A stretch of DNA of 60,264 bases, the filler included. It is 3 parts of 3 records of this genome, joined end to end, with 100 filler letters (N's around TTAATTAATTAA, not from the genome) between each part and the next. Parts side by side here need not be neighbours in the genome. Positions count along the whole stretch, not along the records: positions 21,152 to 52,913 come from DRR723986_11251; 2 more parts are not named here. One strand, 5' to 3'. This document shows positions 30,508-39,600 of this stretch, in pieces (the first letter of the stretch is position 1; each line of letters begins with the position of its first letter). The notes beneath the pieces are model-generated. The model made no database searches. It had not been told where the DNA came from and saw only the letters and a list, made by a program, of their open reading frames with translations. The position numbers were made by a program, and so were the translations under genes.

Positions 30508-31642
30508 GAAATCGATTCTTATATACATAGATGAACCTAATTGGATTTTTGATTTTATGGCTAAATCAATAATTGAAAATTATTCACACAAATTCGATAT
30601 TTATTTTGATTATTGTTGTTTTCATAAATATAATAAGAAGTCTATTCCTTGGGGTAAAACTATTTTAATTGATTTTAAAAGGTTTTTAAAAAATATTTTA
30701 TATTTATCTCAATTGAGAATTAATGAAGTTGACTTGTCTATTTATTCACTATTTCCTAACCAAATTACTCCTTTTTGGCAAACAAAAAAAAGTTATAAAG
30801 GAAAGCAAATAAAAAGACGAATTAAACCTTCTTTTTTTTCATATGACGCAATTGTGTATTTAGATTTTTATTATCAACATTATTCTAAAATTTCAAATAA
30901 ATCAAAGGTAAAAATCAAAGGTATATTTACAGATGGATTTCCACCAGATGGACTAAGTGGTGATGTTTTACATTTTAGAAAATATGGTGTCGAATTTAAG
31001 CCATTTTCTGTAAATGAATTTCTAAAGAGGTATTTTAGTGGCGTTGATATTTTAATATGTGGTTCTGACTTAATTTTAAAAAGATATCAATCATTTTTTA
31101 ATAAGAGTTATTTTGTTAATTTTATATATAGATCTGAAATTTTTTCACTTAGAAAGCATCGGATAGAAAAGAAAGATAGCCTGACGATAGGCTGGACAGG
31201 TAACCCAAACAGGGAATTTAAAAACTTCTATTCAGTTGTAGTACCAGCAATAGAAATTTTAAAATCCATGGAAGTTCCTGTTAAATTTGTTACTCGTTTT
31301 AGTGGAAATTATTTGGAGTTGCCTGATTTTTATAAAAGTATTGATTTAATTATTATAGCTTCAGTGGGTGATGCGGGACCTTCAATGTTCGCAGAAGCCT
31401 CATTGTCTGGTATTCCAAGTATATCAACAAAAATTGGATTTCCTGAAATGGTAATTGAGGATGGACTAAATGGTTTACTATTTGACGGATCAATTTCTGA
31501 GTTAGTGAATAAAATAATTCTTTTAGTTAATAATCAGGAAATTTTATTTAGTTTTTCACAGCGGATAAGAGATGATTATTTGACTAAATTGTCAGATAAA
31601 ATTTTAATTAGAAATTGGGGAGAAGTTTTTGATCAAATTTAG
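30497..31642 (+). CDS. Glycosyltransferase (GT4-like)
   Basis: IGWTGN, ASVGDAGPSMFAEASLSGIPSIST, DGLNGLL. Confidence 0.8.
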   Translation: MKSRKSILIYIDEPNWIFDFMAKSIIENYSHKFDIYFDYCCFHKYNKKSIPWGKTILIDFKRFLKNILYLSQLRINEVDLSIYSLFPNQITPFWQTKKSYKGKQIKRRIKPSFFSYDAIVYLDFYYQHYSKISNKSKVKIKGIFTDGFPPDGLSGDVLHFRKYGVEFKPFSVNEFLKRYFSGVDILICGSDLILKRYQSFFNKSYFVNFIYRSEIFSLRKHRIEKKDSLTIGWTGNPNREFKNFYSVVVPAIEILKSMEVPVKFVTRFSGNYLELPDFYKSIDLIIIASVGDAGPSMFAEASLSGIPSISTKIGFPEMVIEDGLNGLLFDGSISELVNKIILLVNNQEILFSFSQRIRDDYLTKLSDKILIRNWGEVFDQI

Positions 31643-32515
31643 TTTTTTTTTTAAACGTTTTAATAGAAAGAATAGATAGATAAAAATCATTGTAGAATAA
31701 TTATATAAATTTAAAAAAGGTTTTTTAGGTGCGAAATATTTTCTTGAATTTTTAATTCTTTTTAAACATGATTTATTGGTGCTTGATAGCGAAGCTTCGA
31801 AATTTAACAATTCATTTAATTGAATATTAAATGAATTTTGATTTGCATTCATCATTCCTGCCAAATTTTTACTTAGTGAATTGTTTCTTTTCTCAATTGT
31901 AATATCAATACTTGGGATAAAATAAAAAGCGAATTCATTTATAGCTATACGAAACCAATACTCTAAGTCTTCAAAACTATTAAGGGACTCATTGAAAAAC
32001 CCTACTTTTTCGTATACAATTCTCTTGATAATAACACTTGATCCGGAGCCAACTATTGTGTTGGCTTGAAGTAATTCCAATGGATTTCCTGAATAATACT
32101 TTCCTTCATATTTTAAGTAATTTTGCCCATCAAATATTTCACAATTTGAATATACCAAATCTACGTGAGGGTTTTTTGAAATGTAATTTACTTGATTTCG
32201 AATTTTATTCGGCTTCCACTTGTCATCTGCATCTAAAAAAGCTATTAATTCTCCAGAACTAAGTTTCATTCCAAAGTTTCTAGCACTTGATAAACCACCA
32301 TTTTTTTTGTGATATATTTTGAACCGTTTATCTGCTAATATAGTTTCTTTTGCAATCTCTATACTTCTATCAAATGTTCCATCATCTACAATTATACATT
32401 CAAATTTTTTGTAAGTTTGATTTATAACACTTTCAATACAATTTTTAATATAATCTTCAACTCCATAAACTGGTATTATTATTGAAATCAAAGGTGAATT
32501 TGAATTTATTTCCAT
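31604..32515 (-). CDS. GT2 glycosyltransferase on the strand opposite to the operon
   Basis: ISIIIPVYG, IVDDGTFD, NGGLSSARNFG, AFLDADD, EDLEYWFR. Confidence 0.9.
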   Translation of the reverse strand: MEINSNSPLISIIIPVYGVEDYIKNCIESVINQTYKKFECIIVDDGTFDRSIEIAKETILADKRFKIYHKKNGGLSSARNFGMKLSSGELIAFLDADDKWKPNKIRNQVNYISKNPHVDLVYSNCEIFDGQNYLKYEGKYYSGNPLELLQANTIVGSGSSVIIKRIVYEKVGFFNESLNSFEDLEYWFRIAINEFAFYFIPSIDITIEKRNNSLSKNLAGMMNANQNSFNIQLNELLNFEASLSSTNKSCLKRIKNSRKYFAPKKPFLNLYNYSTMIFIYLFFLLKRLKKKLNLIKNFSPISN

Positions 32516-33318
32516 CTATAGTAAATCTAAAAGGAGGGTTAGGGAATCAGTTGTTCCAATATACATTTGGTAAATGGCTTGAGATCAAATATAAGCACAA
32601 AGTGTTTTTTGATACAAGAGGGCTATCTAACTCTCTAGTTCCAAGAGAGTTTGAATTGCATTTCTTTGAGCTTTTTAACCAAGATAAAGAAAAATTTCTT
32701 TTTGAAAAAAATGATTTGTTTACTTTTTATCCTAAAATTATTAATTCTCTGTATGGAAGATTTAGTTTAATTACAAATGATGATAATTTTAATCTTTCAA
32801 ATCCTCGTGCTAGTAGATATAGTGATTTTTGGCAAAACAAGATTTTTTTTGATTTTTTGAAAGGAAATTCCTCGAACTTATTTAAATTTAAGTATGAAAT
32901 ATCTACGTCTTTTGAATATATAATTCCTGATTGTTCTGAGAGTGTCGGAATTCATGTCCGTGGGACTGATTATTTTAATCATCCAAATTTGATTTTATTA
33001 TCCAAAGATTATTTTAGAAATGCAATTTTAGAACTTGAAAAGAGTGTTAAAAATCCAAAGTATTTTGTTTTTACTGATGACCCTAATTATGCTAAGTATG
33101 TTTTAGGTGATATTTCTTATTTGCTAGTTTCTTCAAAAACAGATATTGAAGATTTTTATCAATTAGGAAGTTGTAAACATCAAATTATTTCTAATAGTAC
33201 ATTCAGTTGGTGGGCTGCTGTTCTTAATGTTAATACAAATAAGGTTGTTGTTAGTCCTGAGCGTTGGTTTAACAATAGTCCAAGTTTTCTTAGAGTTGAT
33301 AATTGGTGTTATGTTTAG
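32482..33318 (+). CDS. GT11 alpha-1,2-fucosyltransferase-like
   Basis: GGLGNQLFQY, GIHVRGTDY, FVFTDD, NSTFSWWAA; start uncertain (TTG). Confidence 0.9.
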   Translation: MKSKVNLNLFPSIVNLKGGLGNQLFQYTFGKWLEIKYKHKVFFDTRGLSNSLVPREFELHFFELFNQDKEKFLFEKNDLFTFYPKIINSLYGRFSLITNDDNFNLSNPRASRYSDFWQNKIFFDFLKGNSSNLFKFKYEISTSFEYIIPDCSESVGIHVRGTDYFNHPNLILLSKDYFRNAILELEKSVKNPKYFVFTDDPNYAKYVLGDISYLLVSSKTDIEDFYQLGSCKHQIISNSTFSWWAAVLNVNTNKVVVSPERWFNNSPSFLRVDNWCYV

Positions 33319-33372
33319 CTAAGTTTTTTTTGCTTATCGTATAATTTTAGTTATTTTATTTATTTTGTAATT

Positions 33373-34368
33373 ATGAAAATGGGTGTTTCAGTAGTTGTCT
33401 GTACCTACAATGGGAAAAATAGATTGACGTATACCCTAAACTCTATTATTAAACAAGAATTTTCTTTTCCTTTTGAACTTTTACTTATTGATAATGCTTC
33501 AACTGACAATACGTTTATCTTTTCTAGAGACTTTTTGACTAGAAATTTTAATAGTGGGAATTGGAGAGTTTTTCAGGAATTTAATCAAGGTCTTTCCAAT
33601 GCAAGACGTAGAGGTATAATGGAGTCTAAATATCCCATTATTCTATTTTGTGATGATGATAATTGGCTTTCTCCTGACTATTTAGAAATAGGAATGAATC
33701 TTTTACAATTTAATCATAGAATAGGTGCAATAGGTGGTTTTGGAAAAGCTGTGTTTGACGGTAAAAAACCAGTTTGGTTTGATCAATATTCTCATAGTTA
33801 TGCCGTTGGATCTTTAGGTAGGAATTCTGGGCCGCAAAAACAAGGTTCATGGGTTTATGGGGCAGGATGTTTTTTTAGAAAAGATGCTCTTCAAAAGTTA
33901 TTAGATATAGGTTGGACTAGTTTGTTGAGTGATCGTAAAGGAAATTCATTGTCCTCTGGAGGTGATGTTGAATTATGCTATGCTATACAAATGATTGGAT
34001 ATGAGATTTGGTTTGAACCTGATCTATCTTTTAGCCATTGGATAGAGTCGAAGCGACTTACTTGGAATTATTACCTTCGTTTGAAAGAAAGTATCGCTGA
34101 ATCCTTTCCACTACTTCATGTTTATCAAGTACTATTAAGTGAAACTCCTGAATTAAAACATTATCAACAAATTGTTAGAAATGAATTAGTAATTAGTCTA
34201 TTTGTAGTATTTAAACAAGGATTTTTAAATGTTTTTAAACCTTTACCGGAGCGTAAGCTGGCTATCAGAATAAACTTGGCAAAGATAAAAGGTTTTGCAA
34301 ATAATAGAAATAAAGCGGTTAAAAGTTTCAAATGGATAAAGAAGTCTGGTTTTGACTACCTTATTTAA
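33373..34368 (+). CDS. GT2 glycosyltransferase
   Basis: VSVVVCTYNG, IDNASTD, GLSNARRRG, FCDDDN. Confidence 0.92.
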   Translation: MKMGVSVVVCTYNGKNRLTYTLNSIIKQEFSFPFELLLIDNASTDNTFIFSRDFLTRNFNSGNWRVFQEFNQGLSNARRRGIMESKYPIILFCDDDNWLSPDYLEIGMNLLQFNHRIGAIGGFGKAVFDGKKPVWFDQYSHSYAVGSLGRNSGPQKQGSWVYGAGCFFRKDALQKLLDIGWTSLLSDRKGNSLSSGGDVELCYAIQMIGYEIWFEPDLSFSHWIESKRLTWNYYLRLKESIAESFPLLHVYQVLLSETPELKHYQQIVRNELVISLFVVFKQGFLNVFKPLPERKLAIRINLAKIKGFANNRNKAVKSFKWIKKSGFDYLI

Positions 34369-35219
34369 TGTTATCTGTTGTTATCCCATTCCTCAATTCA
34401 AAAAACACATTAGAAAGGGCTATAAATTCTATTGTTAGTCAATCTTTTCTAAAATGGGAATTGATCTTGGTTAACGATGGAAGCGATGATGGTTCAGAGC
34501 AGATTGCTACCTCTTTTCTAGTTGATGATAGGATATGCTATTTCTATCAGGAAAACAAAGGAGTCAGTGCCGCCAGAAATTTAGGAGCGTCTAAGGCTAA
34601 AGGTGAATGGTTGATTTTTTTGGATTCGGATGACCAATTTAGGGAAGGAGCTTTGCAAAAAATTGATTTTGAAATCCAAAATAGTATTGGCATTGATTTT
34701 CTGGTTTTTGGAATAACTAGAATTAGGGATACAATCAGCCAAACCTTGATTCCTGAGGAGGGGAAGTATTTTAGTAGGATTCCTGGAACTTTTGTGATTT
34801 GTAAATATTTATTTGATCATGTAGGAGGATATGACCCACGCTTCCGTTTTGCTGAAAATACAGAACTGTTTCACCGAATAGCACTTATAAAAGCCAAAGG
34901 AAGAAATTTTCCTTTTGTGAGTTTGAATTATTACGATAATCAATCAGGAGGCTCGAAAAACTTAAAAAATATGCTGGATTCCCTTTCTCTTTTTTTGGAT
35001 ATTCACTCAGATACGCTGTCATCACATGTCAAGCATTTATATAACCAGATTATAGGGGTAAATTGGATTAGATTTCGAAATTTTTCTAAAGCGAGATATC
35101 ATCTTTTCGAAGCTGTCAAGTATAAACCATTGAAATTAGCTACTTGGTTAAGATATGCCGTATCCTGCTTTCCACTGCTAGCTAAGAGATTGTATTCAGA
35201 ATCAGTCAATCATGGTTAA
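34368..35219 (+). CDS. GT2 glycosyltransferase
   Basis: SVVIP, VNDGSDD, NKGVSAARNLG, FLDSDD. Confidence 0.92.
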   Translation: MLSVVIPFLNSKNTLERAINSIVSQSFLKWELILVNDGSDDGSEQIATSFLVDDRICYFYQENKGVSAARNLGASKAKGEWLIFLDSDDQFREGALQKIDFEIQNSIGIDFLVFGITRIRDTISQTLIPEEGKYFSRIPGTFVICKYLFDHVGGYDPRFRFAENTELFHRIALIKAKGRNFPFVSLNYYDNQSGGSKNLKNMLDSLSLFLDIHSDTLSSHVKHLYNQIIGVNWIRFRNFSKARYHLFEAVKYKPLKLATWLRYAVSCFPLLAKRLYSESVNHG

Positions 35220-36099
35220 ACTTGGAGCCTTCATCATCACCTACAATCGTCCAGTAATTCTCTTTAAAACTATTGAGGATATTTTTAACCAATCCTATCC
35301 CCCCAATTTTCTCTGGATAATCGATAACTCCGAAAATCTTGAAACGGATTTTGCGATAGCTCAGCTTCAAGAACCTAGAATCAAATTTTATCGAATGGGT
35401 TATAATGCTGGTCCTGCTGGAGCTGCATCTAAAGGCTTGGAACTATGCGCTAAGGATGGAGCCGACTGGATCTATTGGGGAGATGACAATGATCCTCCTT
35501 TCCGCCTTGATTGTTTTGAACGCCTACTAGCCATTCGGGATGAAAATCCCTTCTGTGGAGTCTTAGGTGCGGTTGGGCATTTTTTTGACCATAAAAATGG
35601 AGTTATTAAACGTATTCAATCAAGGTTGTTGGAAAAGAAGGATTGGGTAGAAGTTGAAAGCATTGCTGGAGGTATGTGTATGCTGGTTTCAAAAGAGGTA
35701 GTTAGGGCAGGGGTGTTGCCTGATAAAGAACTGTTTTTCGGATTTGAGGAATTGGACTTTTGCCTGAAAGTTTCCAGAAAGGGTTTTGCATTGGTGGTTG
35801 ATTGCAAACTTTTTCTTGAGGCTAGAAAAGAAACTGGAAGATTGGAATTTGATCGCCCTGCCTACCAAAGAAAGCAGAATTTGGCAAGGGAATATTATAG
35901 TCTTCGAAACCTACTTTACATTTCTGATTCCTTGACATTAACTTCTATGAAGAGGAAGCTTATGTTTAAATGGGTAGCAAAGGCTTTTTACGGCTATCGC
36001 TATGGTTTAAGCTATGGCTGGAAAAACATGAATATGATATTCCTGGCCCTATGGCATTTTAATAAAGGAATAAAAGGTAAAACCATTTCACTTGCTTAA
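35212..36099 (+). CDS. GT2 glycosyltransferase
   Basis: ITYNRP, IIDNS, NAGPAGA, WGDDND, FFGFEELDF. Confidence 0.88.
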   Translation: MVKLGAFIITYNRPVILFKTIEDIFNQSYPPNFLWIIDNSENLETDFAIAQLQEPRIKFYRMGYNAGPAGAASKGLELCAKDGADWIYWGDDNDPPFRLDCFERLLAIRDENPFCGVLGAVGHFFDHKNGVIKRIQSRLLEKKDWVEVESIAGGMCMLVSKEVVRAGVLPDKELFFGFEELDFCLKVSRKGFALVVDCKLFLEARKETGRLEFDRPAYQRKQNLAREYYSLRNLLYISDSLTLTSMKRKLMFKWVAKAFYGYRYGLSYGWKNMNMIFLALWHFNKGIKGKTISLA

Positions 36100-37204
36100 A
36101 CCTATTGTATTATTTCTAATCGACGGATTGCAGACTGGAGGGGCAGAGCGAAGTCTTTTAGAGTTGTGTGTTCGATTTGAAAAGGTTACACCTGTCCTGC
36201 TTGTTTTGTCTGATTCTGAAGAGCTTAAGCCTGAATTCGATAAATATGGTATTTCTGTTTATATAATTCCTCTTCTTCGTAATTATCAATTCAAAAGAAA
36301 TGCCAGCAGTTTAAGTGTATTAATTAATAAAATTCAGCCTGATATCATTCATTCATTTTTGTTTCATGCTGATATGACCTTGAGGTACCTGGAATTTAAA
36401 GGACCTAAAATCACTGGATTAGTCAGTAATTCATATTCCCAAAGAAGGTTGGCACAATTGCCTTGGCAAGTCACGTGGAAAGTTAGACTCCTAAAGGCAT
36501 GGGATAGATTAACCTCAGCTAAAATAGATTTATTTATAGCCAATTCAGAAGTGATCAAAGAGGCCTTTATCAAAGATTTAGCAATTGAAAAAGAAAAGAT
36601 TCAGGTAATTTATAGAGGAAGAGACCTTTCTAAGTTTCAACAAAAAAGAGAAATAGGAAGTGATAAATCACAACTGAATTTCATTTCTGTAGGCAGGCTC
36701 GTGGATTCTAAAGGCTTTATGGAATTGTTAAATACTTTTTTTGTTTTTCAGGGCGAAAATAAAGCTGCTTCACTAACCATTTGTGGTGAAGGACCTCAAA
36801 GACTCCAATTGGAGAAAAAGATTCGGGAAATGGGGCTGACATCGAAAGTTATGCTTACAGGATCAGTTGATGATATTCCTAAAAGACTATATGCGTCAGA
36901 TTATTTTATATTCCCCTCACATTATGAAGGCTTGCCTGGTAGTATTATAGAGGCAATGCTCGCCAAAGTTCCCATTATTTGTTCAGACATCCCGGAGAAT
37001 AAGGAATGCCTAAAAGAAGGAATGTGTCTATTCCATAAAGTGGGGGATAAGGAAGATCTATTAACAAAAATGCAGCAAGCAATATCGCTTAAGGATTGGG
37101 ACATTCGTACAGAAATGGCTTATAAGTATGCAAGAGAGCATTTCGATATTGAGAAGATCGCAGCCCACTATGAGGAAACCTATCTTAAGCTATTAGGCAG
37201 TTGA
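36092..37204 (+). CDS. GT4 glycosyltransferase
   Basis: GGAER, SVGRL..KG, PSHYEGLPGSIIEAM. Confidence 0.92.
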   Translation: MLKPIVLFLIDGLQTGGAERSLLELCVRFEKVTPVLLVLSDSEELKPEFDKYGISVYIIPLLRNYQFKRNASSLSVLINKIQPDIIHSFLFHADMTLRYLEFKGPKITGLVSNSYSQRRLAQLPWQVTWKVRLLKAWDRLTSAKIDLFIANSEVIKEAFIKDLAIEKEKIQVIYRGRDLSKFQQKREIGSDKSQLNFISVGRLVDSKGFMELLNTFFVFQGENKAASLTICGEGPQRLQLEKKIREMGLTSKVMLTGSVDDIPKRLYASDYFIFPSHYEGLPGSIIEAMLAKVPIICSDIPENKECLKEGMCLFHKVGDKEDLLTKMQQAISLKDWDIRTEMAYKYAREHFDIEKIAAHYEETYLKLLGS

Positions 37205-38298
37205 AAATCCTTCAACTGATCCAAAAACAACAGCTGAGAGGGGCTGAGATTTTTGCAGCCCAATTATCAGAAGAACTACTTGGCCAGGGAAATGAGGTAA
37301 TACTTGTAAGTTTATTCGAAGGAGCTTCCAAGCTACCTTTTGCAGGAAAATGTATTTGTCTGGAGGCAAATTCGGACAAAAGATTCTGGGATTATAGAAC
37401 TTGGAAAAAGTTAGCTGATTTGATAGCAGAATTTCAGCCTGATATTGTGCAGGCCAATGCTGGGGATACATTAAAATATGCTGCTTTTTCCCGCTTGCTT
37501 TTTGGCTGGAAGGCAAAGTTGATTTTCAGAAATGCCAATCTTATTTCTGGCTTTATTACCAACAAATCAAAAAAAATATTCAATCAGTTTCTCCTGAGGC
37601 AGGTTGCTGGAGTTGCGTCTGTATCAGCAATCTGCGCCAATGACTTTATTCAAACATTTTCCTTTCCAAAGAATAAAGTTGCCGTGCTTCCCATTGGAGT
37701 TTTAAAAGCAAAACCTAATACTAATCTTCCTAAGGAGATTTCGAACTTACTGGATGGTTCTGACTTCCTAATTCATATTGGGAGCTTCGTTCCAGAGAAA
37801 AATCATAAGGCTCTTTTTAGCATTTTTGATCAAGTTCTTCTTACCTATCCCAAGTTGAAATTGCTGTTATTAGGAGAGGGGCCACTAAAATCTGAATATC
37901 AAAAGCAATTGGCAAATAGATATGAAATTGTATTCCTGGGATCCAGAACAGATGTGGATGTTATTCTTCCCTTTGCAAAAGGGTTAGTTTTACCCTCCTT
38001 GATTGAAGGATTGCCCGGAGTGATTTTGGAAGCGATGAATAGTAAGGTGCCAGTAATTAGCTATGATGTGGGTGGTATTTCTGAAGTTGTAATTTTGGGA
38101 AAAACAGGTTGGTTGGTGCCTGTAGGAGAGAGAGAGGTTTTTGTTAAGGCTTTAGACCAGGTTCTTTCAATGAATGACGAAGCCAAATTGGAGGTGACGG
38201 AAAATGCGAAAAAATTAGTAGAACAGCAGTATCAGATAGCTATTATAGCGAAGAAATTTGACTCATTTTATGCCAACATACTCCTCAGCACGAATTGA
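37201..38298 (+). CDS. GT4 glycosyltransferase
   Basis: RGAEIF, EKNH, PSLIEGLPGVILEAM, DVGGISE. Confidence 0.92.
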   Translation: MKILQLIQKQQLRGAEIFAAQLSEELLGQGNEVILVSLFEGASKLPFAGKCICLEANSDKRFWDYRTWKKLADLIAEFQPDIVQANAGDTLKYAAFSRLLFGWKAKLIFRNANLISGFITNKSKKIFNQFLLRQVAGVASVSAICANDFIQTFSFPKNKVAVLPIGVLKAKPNTNLPKEISNLLDGSDFLIHIGSFVPEKNHKALFSIFDQVLLTYPKLKLLLLGEGPLKSEYQKQLANRYEIVFLGSRTDVDVILPFAKGLVLPSLIEGLPGVILEAMNSKVPVISYDVGGISEVVILGKTGWLVPVGEREVFVKALDQVLSMNDEAKLEVTENAKKLVEQQYQIAIIAKKFDSFYANILLSTN

Positions 38299-39509
38299 AG
38301 ATTTTATTTATAGATACAGAACCTATCATGCGTGGAGCTCAGGTTTTTATATCTGAGCTTTCTTTATTTTTGGATCATCAGGGACAGCAAACTAAGATTG
38401 TTTACTTATATCAAATAGAGAATAACTCTGATGATTCTATTTTATCATCTCCAAATACCACTGTTTTAACTGGCAAAAAGCAAAGTGCGTTAGAAAAGTT
38501 GCCAGGGATTGATCCTGTATTATTAAGAAAGTTACTTATTGAGATCAATACATTTTCTCCTGATATAATTCTTGCTAATGGTTCTCGTACTTTAAAGTAT
38601 GTAGCAGTAGCTAGGCAGTTTTATAAGACAAATACGAAGTGGATTGCTCGCTGGATAGATGATGCAGCATTCTGGAATCCAGGATTTCTTTCGAAATGGA
38701 TATATAGTAAGTTGATCATGCCTCAGTTTGATGCAACAGTAGGAGTAAGCCAAGCTTCTCTGGATTCTATGATCCGCCATTATGATTTTAAAAAGTCAAG
38801 CACTGTCATCCACAGGGTTTTTGACCCTCTCAAATTCAACAATGCTCCAACTAGAGAAGAGGCTAGAAGGAAATTGGGCTTAGATGATACCGATGAAGTT
38901 TTACTTTTTCTAGGTAACCTTACTTCCCAAAAACGTCCTGATCGATTTCTAGAAATAGTACAAAAACTCTCCCAAACACGTCCGAATCTGAAAGCCTTGA
39001 TCGTCGGAGATGGACCTTTGAGAAAGGAATTGGAGAAAGAAGTATTAAGTATCAAGTATCAAGCATCAAGTAAGGAGATTCAAGAACAAAGATTCAAGAA
39101 CCAAGATTCGAAAAAGTCTAACGTCTTGAGTCTTGATACTAACGTCTCTTTTTTCGGTTACCACCAAGACGTCTCCCCATACCTTGCCTCCGCAGACATC
39201 CTAGTCCTCACTTCAGATACAGAGGGTTTGCCAGGTGTAGTACTTGAGGCAGCAAATTTTGAAGTTCCTACGGTTGCGACTGAAGTAGGAGGGATTAGGG
39301 AATGTCTGATAGATGGGGAAACCGGTTTTCTAATACCAGATCGCTCTGTAGATTCTTTTTGCGAAAAAATAAACCAACTTCTTGATCAGCCTAATCAGCG
39401 AATCCAGCTAGGCCAAAACGCCAAAAAATTCACCTCCCAGCACTTCCGCATGGATCAAGTTGCCCAGCAATACCTGGACTTTTTTCAACAGATCATCAAC
39501 CAATCCTAA
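38295..39509 (+). CDS. GT4 glycosyltransferase with in-frame heptamer-repeat insertion
   Basis: RGAQVF, QKRPD, TSDTEGLPGVVLEAA; repeat-derived insert at 39040-39146. Confidence 0.9.
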   Translation: MKILFIDTEPIMRGAQVFISELSLFLDHQGQQTKIVYLYQIENNSDDSILSSPNTTVLTGKKQSALEKLPGIDPVLLRKLLIEINTFSPDIILANGSRTLKYVAVARQFYKTNTKWIARWIDDAAFWNPGFLSKWIYSKLIMPQFDATVGVSQASLDSMIRHYDFKKSSTVIHRVFDPLKFNNAPTREEARRKLGLDDTDEVLLFLGNLTSQKRPDRFLEIVQKLSQTRPNLKALIVGDGPLRKELEKEVLSIKYQASSKEIQEQRFKNQDSKKSNVLSLDTNVSFFGYHQDVSPYLASADILVLTSDTEGLPGVVLEAANFEVPTVATEVGGIRECLIDGETGFLIPDRSVDSFCEKINQLLDQPNQRIQLGQNAKKFTSQHFRMDQVAQQYLDFFQQIINQS

Positions 39510-39600
39510 TCTCCTACCCCCATTGTCCTATTCCCTAATCCCTAATCCCAAATCTCCATTCTCTCACTCTCTCACTCTCTCATTCTCCAATCCCCATCAC
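39503..39600. repeat. Pyrimidine-rich heptamer array between convergent GT genes
   Basis: ccctaat ccctaat cccaaat ctccatt ctctcac tctctca ... Confidence 0.85.
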
